From a bacterium (lineage in GTDB: Bacteria; CG03), in the NCBI GenBank assembly GCA_043825615.1, contig JBDRRS010000004.1, positions 82,567-114,566 of the forward strand: a stretch of 32,000 nt of DNA, read 5' to 3'. Made by a program: the position numbers and the translations under genes. Below are positions 26,771-32,000 of the stretch, piece after piece. The notes under the pieces are model-generated. The model was not told the DNA's origin and did no database searches. It worked only from the letters and a program-made list of their open reading frames with translations. Numbering within the stretch: position 1 is the stretch's first letter; each line of letters opens with the position of its first letter.

Positions 26771-27346
26771 TTTTTTAAGCACCGCAGCGTGGAGCCCGAC
26801 AAGCAGACCGAGAGTTATAAAAGCGCCGGCGGGAAGAATCATAATGAGGAATTTCGGAAAAAATCCCGGAAGAACCGTAATCCCGAATACAGTTCCCATC
26901 CCCATAATCTCTCTTACCGCTCCCATTACCAGTAATGTAACCGTAAAACCGATGCCCATTCCCAAAGCGTCGAACGCCGACGATACGAGATTGTTCTTTG
27001 AAGCAAAAACCTCGGCCCTTCCCAGAATTATGCAGTTAACGACAATCAGCGGAATAAACGGGCCGAGCGCTTTGCTCAACGCGGGGAAGTTTGCTTTAAG
27101 GAAAATGTCCGTTACCGTTACGAACGTCGCAATCACCACGATAAAAGAGGCAATCCTCACCTGCTTCGGCACAACTTTTCCTATCAGAGAAATAATAACA
27201 TTGCTGAAAAAAAGAACAAAAATAACGCCCAGCCCCATTGTAAGCGCATTTACGGCATTTGTCGTTACGGCGAGCGTCGGGCACAGGCCGAGGAGATAAC
27301 ACAAAATCGGATTTTCCTTAAACAGCCCTTTTACAAAGTTCTTCAT
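26768..27346 (-). CDS. rnfE: RNF complex membrane subunit E
   Basis: LFKENPILCYLLGLCPTLAVTTNAVNALTMGLGVIFV, PQVRIASFIVVIATFVTVTD and PLIVVNCIILGRAEVFASKN. Confidence 0.95.
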   Translation of the reverse strand: MKNFVKGLFKENPILCYLLGLCPTLAVTTNAVNALTMGLGVIFVLFFSNVIISLIGKVVPKQVRIASFIVVIATFVTVTDIFLKANFPALSKALGPFIPLIVVNCIILGRAEVFASKNNLVSSAFDALGMGIGFTVTLLVMGAVREIMGMGTVFGITVLPGFFPKFLIMILPAGAFITLGLLVGLHAAVLKK

Positions 27347-27864
27347 TTAATCTTTGATTTCATCTCTCGTATTTTCTCATTTATTATTTTGCAGACCGCT
27401 TTTGAAGAAATCGTCGCCCCCGTAACTGCCTCAATTTCCAACGGTAATGACGGAGGTTTTTTTACAACGCTAAGCGGCGTTCCCTTATACCTGAACTGAC
27501 TCAAAAATTGAGCTTTCGTTATTTTGTCTCCCAGCCCGGGGGTCTCCCGGCAATTAAGAATTACGATACCCTCTATTTTCTTAAAAGCCCCGTCAACGCC
27601 TATCATCGCCGCAATCTCGTCCTGAAAACCCGGGCCTTTCGCTTCAAACGCAAAACCCAGTCCTTTTACCTCCCAGTATTTTTCGCCGTCAACATTTTTC
27701 TCCACAATTTCGGAGGACCTGAAAATCGTTTTCACAGCTTCTATCCTGGCGCGCTTTTCCTGCTCTGCAATCTTGTCCTTTGAACTCTCCCATACGATTG
27801 AAAGAAAAAAACCGCTTACCGCGCAGACAACCACCAGGAAAAAAACAATCTTAAAACTTTTCAT
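27343..27864 (-). CDS. rnfG: RNF complex subunit G (covalent FMN-type)
   Basis: GLGFAFEAKGPGFQDEIAAMIGVDGAFKKIEGIVILNCRETPGLGDKI and IEAVTGATISSKAVCKIIN. Confidence 0.93.
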   Translation of the reverse strand: MKSFKIVFFLVVVCAVSGFFLSIVWESSKDKIAEQEKRARIEAVKTIFRSSEIVEKNVDGEKYWEVKGLGFAFEAKGPGFQDEIAAMIGVDGAFKKIEGIVILNCRETPGLGDKITKAQFLSQFRYKGTPLSVVKKPPSLPLEIEAVTGATISSKAVCKIINEKIREMKSKIK

Positions 27865-28787
27865 AACTCTCCGAAAGCAGGCCCAGGGGGAATCTTTTCA
27901 AGAAGCGGGGAAAAAGCATTCATCAAAAGAATGGAAAACATGACGCCCTCCGGATAGCCGCTGAAATATCTTATCACAAGAGTAAAAATCCCGCAGCCGA
28001 TACCGAAAATGAGCCGGCCTTTACCGTTTGCCGGAGCCGTAACAGGGTCGGTCGCCATAAAAAAAGCCCCGAGCAGCAGGCCGCCGGCGAATATGTGAAA
28101 AAAAGGCGTTGCTGCGTTCGCGTTAAAAAGATAATAAACCCCCGAAACCAGAAACACCGTTCCGATATAGGCGAGAGGAATCCTGTAATCAATCGTTTTT
28201 CTCACAATCAAATAAAGCCCGCCCAAAAGCAGGAGAAAAGCGGAGGTCTCGCCGAGACAGCCCGGACAGTTCCCGAAAAAAATCCTGCCTGTCTCCCACA
28301 TTTCCCCCGAAAATTTCCATGCGCCCAGCGGCGTTGCGGTCGTGGCGGCATCCAGAGGGGAAATCCACGAAGTCATAAGAACGGGAAAAGATGCCGTAAG
28401 AAACGCGCGCCCCAGCAAAGCAGGATTAAAAACATTATGGCCGAGCCCGCCGAAGAACTGCTTTCCGAAAACAACGCCGAATGTAACGCCGAAAGCAACG
28501 CAATACAGAGGGATTTCGGGAGGAAGAACCATCGCGAAAAGAATCCCCGTGACCAGAACACTCCCGTCGTTTACAAATTCCCTTTTCCTTATCTTGAGAA
28601 AAACCCACTCGCTGACGTATGCGAAAATAATGGAAGCCGCATAAATTTTCAAAACACCCGCTCCCCAGAGATATACGGAGTAACCGGCGGCGGGAAGAAG
28701 GGCGATGACAACATCCCGCATCATCCCCGTTACGGTCAAAGAAGAGGTAATGTGCGGTGAAACGGTTACCTTTAATTTCTTTTCCAT
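27861..28787 (-). CDS. rnfD: RNF complex membrane subunit D
   Basis: VSPHITSSLTVTGMMRDVVIALLPAAGYSVYLWG, FGKQFFGGLGHNVFNPALLGRAFLTASFPVLMT, SPLDAATTATPLG and GALFMATDPVTAPANGKGRLIFG-type region (GAFFMATDPVTAP). Confidence 0.94.
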   Translation of the reverse strand: MEKKLKVTVSPHITSSLTVTGMMRDVVIALLPAAGYSVYLWGAGVLKIYAASIIFAYVSEWVFLKIRKREFVNDGSVLVTGILFAMVLPPEIPLYCVAFGVTFGVVFGKQFFGGLGHNVFNPALLGRAFLTASFPVLMTSWISPLDAATTATPLGAWKFSGEMWETGRIFFGNCPGCLGETSAFLLLLGGLYLIVRKTIDYRIPLAYIGTVFLVSGVYYLFNANAATPFFHIFAGGLLLGAFFMATDPVTAPANGKGRLIFGIGCGIFTLVIRYFSGYPEGVMFSILLMNAFSPLLEKIPPGPAFGEL

Positions 28788-28898
28788 ATCTTATTCCTTA
28801 TCATCACCTTGCAGGAGGCACGGCGTTGTCTGACAAGCCCGTCAGTCCGAGGGTCTCTGCTTTCTCCCCGCAGGACTGCGGAGCGGGCCGCTTTTGTA

Positions 28899-28927
28899 GG
28901 GGACGGCTCTCTTTGAGAACCGTCCCC
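28899..28927. repeat. 29-nt hairpin repeat GGGGACGGCTCTCTTTGAGAACCGTCCCC
   Basis: GGGGACGG/CCGTCCCC outer arms with inner TCTC/GAGA stem and TTT loop. Confidence 0.9.
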
Positions 28928-28970
28928 CTTCCATAAACGTGCTTGGAAGGCAATGCCGTGCCAACATATC

Positions 28971-29020
28971 TTATTCCTTATCAGGGCGGCGGGAGGCTTG
29001 CCCCGTTGGGGGTGGCTTCC
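28971..29020 (-). repeat. RBS-embedded repeat, copy at the 3' end of lgt
   Basis: The minus strand reads GGAAGCCACCCCCAACGGGGCAAGCCTCCCGCCGCCCTGATAAGGAATAA. It is translated as the Lgt C-terminus. Confidence 0.75.
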
Positions 29021-29747
29021 ATAACTTAAGAGCAAGCCCGAAAATCACGCCTATCATAGCAATATTTTGTATCGCTGTTAAACCGAAAATGCCGCTCACC
29101 GTGTCCCCCCTCAAAAATTCCAGAAAAAATCTTATTGCGGGATAACCGAGCAGGTAAAAGGCAAAAACATCCCCGTCTTTCTCCTTTTTTGTTTTCAAAA
29201 GAAAAAGGAAAAGAACAAAATCCAGTATGCTCTCTATCAGTTGAGTCGGATATATTTTTACGCCGGGAGGGGCAAGCGTATGCGGATTCATAAACCTTAT
29301 TCCGAAGAATATGCTTGCGGGTTTTCCGTAACAGCAGCCCGCGAGAAAACAGCCTATTCTCCCTATTGACTGGCCGAGAGCAAATGCGGGGGAAAATAAA
29401 TCCAACAGTTTGAGAAACGGCATTTTAAGTTTTTTGGAATAGAAAAAAAGAACGCCGCCGCCCCCGATAAATCCCCCGAAAACGGCAAGACCGCCCTGCC
29501 AGATATAGAAAAAAGACAGGGGATTTTTTAAAACGCTTTCAAAATCCCAGAAGAAAAAGTAAAAAATCCTCGCTCCGATGATGCCCCATAGAACGGTAAA
29601 AAAAACCATATCTTCAAGGCGGGTTTTTGAAATTTCCCCGGAGGCGGTCTTTTTAAGGATAAGCAAACCCGAAAGAATCGCCAGAAAAACCAGCACTCCG
29701 TAGGAGTAGACGGAAACGGGGCCTATGCTTAAAATTCTCGGGAACAT
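28971..29747 (-). CDS. lgt: Prolipoprotein diacylglyceryl transferase
   Basis: YSYGVLVFLAILSGLLI, IWQGGLAVFGGFIGGG, SIGRIGCFLAGCCYGKPAS and IKIYPTQLIESILDFVLFLFLL. Confidence 0.95.
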   Translation of the reverse strand: MFPRILSIGPVSVYSYGVLVFLAILSGLLILKKTASGEISKTRLEDMVFFTVLWGIIGARIFYFFFWDFESVLKNPLSFFYIWQGGLAVFGGFIGGGGVLFFYSKKLKMPFLKLLDLFSPAFALGQSIGRIGCFLAGCCYGKPASIFFGIRFMNPHTLAPPGVKIYPTQLIESILDFVLFLFLLKTKKEKDGDVFAFYLLGYPAIRFFLEFLRGDTVSGIFGLTAIQNIAMIGVIFGLALKLWKPPPTGQASRRPDKE

Positions 29748-29748
29748 T

Positions 29749-30063
29749 CTAAATCACAGCCTGTATTTTCTGCACAATCGTCTCTTTGGGAACCGCCCCG
29801 ACGATATTATCAACGAGTTCGCCGGCTTTGAAGAATCCGAGAAAAGGAATGCCTTTCACCCGGTATTTTGCAGCTGTCGCCTGCGCACCGTCAACGTTAA
29901 GTTTGCAGACCTTCAATCTGCCCTCAAATTCACCGGCGATTTCCTCCACCACGGGACCGATCATTCTGCACGGCCCGCACCAGTCGGCGTAAAAATCAAC
30001 AAGAACCGGAATTTCCGAGTTCAAGACCTCGGCCGGAAAATTAGAATCGTCAACAACAACCAT
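29749..30063 (-). CDS. trxA: Thioredoxin
   Basis: VLVDFYADWCGPCRMIGPVVEEIAGEF...VCKLNVDGAQATAAKYRVKGIPFLGFFKAGE. Confidence 0.96.
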   Translation of the reverse strand: MVVVDDSNFPAEVLNSEIPVLVDFYADWCGPCRMIGPVVEEIAGEFEGRLKVCKLNVDGAQATAAKYRVKGIPFLGFFKAGELVDNIVGAVPKETIVQKIQAVI

Positions 30064-30116
30064 AAAAACCCCCTTCCGGAAAAAGATAGAACGTTTCAGT
30101 TTTTTTCACGATAAAA

Positions 30117-30122
30117 ATTATA
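30117..30122 (-). promoter_or_regulatory. Extended -10 element (TGCTATAAT) upstream of trxA
   Basis: The minus strand reads CAAAAATGCTATAATTTTTATCGTG. Same TGCTATAAT context as at 2906-2911. Confidence 0.4.
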
Positions 30123-30184
30123 GCATTTTTGAGCGAATTTTTTAATTAAGTTTACAAAGCAGACGGGATTTTATAAAATTTACT

Positions 30185-31012
30185 ATGTTTTTCCCGTTTG
30201 TCCGTAATTTTCTTTTCAAATCCCGCATTTTTATTATTCTTCCGCTTCTGTGCGGCTCTCTGTCTGCCGAAGACAGTTTTAATTACGCTAAACACCTTTA
30301 TGACGGCGGCCTGCACAATGAAGCGGCGGGCGAGTTGAGAAGATTCATCTATTTCAATCCTTCCGACGAGAGAATTAAAGACGCTTCGATTCTTCTGGTA
30401 AAAGCTCTCTGGAAACAGGAAAAACACACGGAAGCGCAAAAGGCGGCAAAAAACTTAACGGGGGAAGACGGGCATCTTCTCCGCGGTAAATTGTATTTTC
30501 TTGATAAGAATTATGACTCCGCCCGCATATCAGCGGAGAACGCGCTGAACAAACCCGAATGCGCCGTTGAAGCGCAGAACGTGATAATCGCAAGCGACCT
30601 CTACAAAGCGAACTGGCAGGGCGCAATCAAATCAATGTCCGGCTTTAACCGTCTGAATCCAAAAGTAGAAAATCACTTCGATAAAAAATCACCGGTAAAA
30701 TTAAAATCGCCTGCTGTTGCGGTTACGATGTCCGCTCTCCTGCCGGGCCTCGGGCAGGCGTATTCAAAACATTACAGCGACGCTCTCGTGACATTTTTGA
30801 TTAACGGCCTTTTCATCGGAGGAAGCGCAGCCGCATGGCGCAACGACTATAAAGTTACATCCGTCCTGTGCGGGGCAATGGGCGTTACCTATTACATGGG
30901 CAACCTTTACAACGCCGGGCTTTTTGTTTACCAGTACAACAATTATCTTAAAGATACTTTCGCAAAAGAAATACGGGAAGAACTGGGTTTAAAAGTGTGG
31001 TTCTCTTTTTAA
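30185..31012 (+). CDS. Exported/membrane TPR-like protein with C-terminal transmembrane region
   Basis: N-terminal hydrophobic segment ending SLSA, TPR-like YAKHLYDGGLHNEAAGELRRFIYFNPSD, then ALLPGLGQAYSKHYSDALVTFLINGLFIGGSAAAW. Confidence 0.75.
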   Translation: MFFPFVRNFLFKSRIFIILPLLCGSLSAEDSFNYAKHLYDGGLHNEAAGELRRFIYFNPSDERIKDASILLVKALWKQEKHTEAQKAAKNLTGEDGHLLRGKLYFLDKNYDSARISAENALNKPECAVEAQNVIIASDLYKANWQGAIKSMSGFNRLNPKVENHFDKKSPVKLKSPAVAVTMSALLPGLGQAYSKHYSDALVTFLINGLFIGGSAAAWRNDYKVTSVLCGAMGVTYYMGNLYNAGLFVYQYNNYLKDTFAKEIREELGLKVWFSF

Positions 31013-31518
31013 TCTCTTTCTTCCTGTTCTGTGACATTTCGCTTGCCGGGATAAATTATTATGATTCGGGAATGGAACTGCTTGATAATAAAAAATACGA
31101 CGCCGCAATAAAGGCATTTGAAAATCACCTGCGCAGCAATCCGCGTGATTCAAGAACCCTGAATAACATCGGTTTCGCGTACTACAAAAAAAATAAGCCG
31201 GATACGGCAATAAAATTTTACCGCCGAGCGGTAAAGGCAGACCCCTATTACGCCGTGGCGTACAACAACCTCGGCATAGCATTGTACCACGGGGACGAAT
31301 TTGACGAGGCGCTGACCTGTTTCAAAAAAGCCGTTGAACTAAATCCTGAATATGCAAAAGCAATGATAAACATAGGTCTCATATACCTTCACAGAAAAGA
31401 CAGAAAAACAGCGAAAGAATGGTATAACCGGGCAAAGACGGTTAATAAAAATTACGTAAGAGAACGGCAAAACGCGGCTGAAAAAAAATACAGAGAAGGA
31501 AAACTGCACCCATGGTGA
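30997..31518 (+). CDS. Tetratricopeptide repeat protein with signal-peptide-like N-terminus
   Basis: YYDSGMELLDNKKYDAAIKAFENHLRSNPRDSRTLNNIGFAYYKKNKPDTAIKFYRRAVKADPYYAVAYNNLGIALYHGDEFDEALTCFKKAVELNPEYAKAMINIGLIYLH. Confidence 0.85.
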   Translation: MVLFLISFFLFCDISLAGINYYDSGMELLDNKKYDAAIKAFENHLRSNPRDSRTLNNIGFAYYKKNKPDTAIKFYRRAVKADPYYAVAYNNLGIALYHGDEFDEALTCFKKAVELNPEYAKAMINIGLIYLHRKDRKTAKEWYNRAKTVNKNYVRERQNAAEKKYREGKLHPW

Positions 31519-31889
31519 AAAAAATACTTGTCTTTCTGATTGTGCTTTCACTTTGTGTAAATCCGTTATCCGCTCAAGAAAAAGAAGAATTTAAACCCTT
31601 AACGTGGATTTTTCAAAATGGCATTAAATTTTTTATGAAATTCCTGACTAAATACGACGGGCCGAGATGCCCGCATTCCCCGACCTGCTCTCTCTATACT
31701 TACAAAAACATAGCAAACTATGGTTTTTTAAAGGGCTGGACAATGGGTGCGGCGAGACGCCTGCGCTGTTCCCCTTATACAATGCAGTGGAACCTTCCGG
31801 TTAGAGGAAGCCGCCTTTACGACCCTCCGGAGACCACCTGTCTCTGGAGTGAAAAGGAGAGAAGGAAGATTACTCCCCTCTCTCCCTAA
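31512..31889 (+). CDS. yidD: YidD-like protein preceded by a signal-peptide-like segment
   Basis: KILVFLIVLSLCVNPLSAQ, then GIKFFMKFLTKYDGPRCPHSPTCSLYTYKNIANYGFLKGWTMGAARRLRCSPY, which matches the YidD/DUF37 pattern (CxxxPTCSxY...RxxRC). Confidence 0.8.
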   Translation: MVKKILVFLIVLSLCVNPLSAQEKEEFKPLTWIFQNGIKFFMKFLTKYDGPRCPHSPTCSLYTYKNIANYGFLKGWTMGAARRLRCSPYTMQWNLPVRGSRLYDPPETTCLWSEKERRKITPLSP

Positions 31890-31898
31890 TTTTCTTTA

Positions 31899-32000
31899 TT
31901 ACAGACCCTCGTCTGACTCAACTTCCGACCAGGTCTTCCCTCCCATGATGCTAAAAAAATCAATGATCTGCGGGATCGGGCTTATAACAAGCTGGAGCCA
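31899..32000 (-). CDS. C-terminal end of a CDS truncated by the window edge, function unknown
   Basis: Minus frame open to the edge: WLQLVISPIPQIIDFFSIMGGKTWSEVESDEGL-stop. Confidence 0.5.
   Translation of the reverse strand, partial: WLQLVISPIPQIIDFFSIMGGKTWSEVESDEGL

Noticed and set aside
28095-28760. 221-aa plus-strand ORF opposite rnfD
   Set aside because: Antisense to a conserved membrane subunit; rich in Arg/Asn/Lys, with no family signature.
1-32000. CRISPR array, prophage, integrase or rRNA/tRNA genes
   Set aside because: No regularly spaced direct repeats, phage structural genes, recombinases or recognisable structural RNA sequences were seen on either strand.

Overview
This 32 kb window looks like ordinary chromosome from a Gram-negative-type or candidate-phylum bacterium. 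It is gene dense and mostly minus-strand. It holds a partial xanthine dehydrogenase large subunit, then an AT-rich accessory patch (1340-3110) with an exported-looking methyltransferase and a DUF2442/DUF4160 pair bracketed by long direct repeats. A long minus-strand housekeeping run follows: rpmE, prfA, prmC, murA, hisD, hisB, hisA, hisI, a PP-loop ATPase, cysE, nifS, nadA, a permease and an LpxL-like acyltransferase. Next is a compact cluster of B12-type radical SAM, polyprenyl-P-mannose synthase-like GT2, second radical SAM and TMTC-like GT-C/TPR genes, flanked by gene remnants. After that come cinA, an AsmA-like gene, an rnfDGEAB cluster without rnfC, lgt, trxA, and a divergent TPR/TPR/exported-YidD-like trio. 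No CRISPR array, phage, tRNA or rRNA was recognised. The most unusual signals are: (1) the rSAM/Dpm/rSAM/TMTC-like cluster, a candidate lipid-linked-mannose protein glycosylation system; (2) an intergenic repeat family whose end supplies the Shine-Dalgarno-like sequence just upstream of start codons, including a triplicated prfA initiation region; (3) a family of 29-nt GGGGAC...GTCCCC hairpins that run into coding ends; (4) a one-base frameshift in the DUF4160 gene; (5) 22-24-nt palindromes that closely resemble parS. All functional calls come from recognising the translated sequences by eye. No database search was run.
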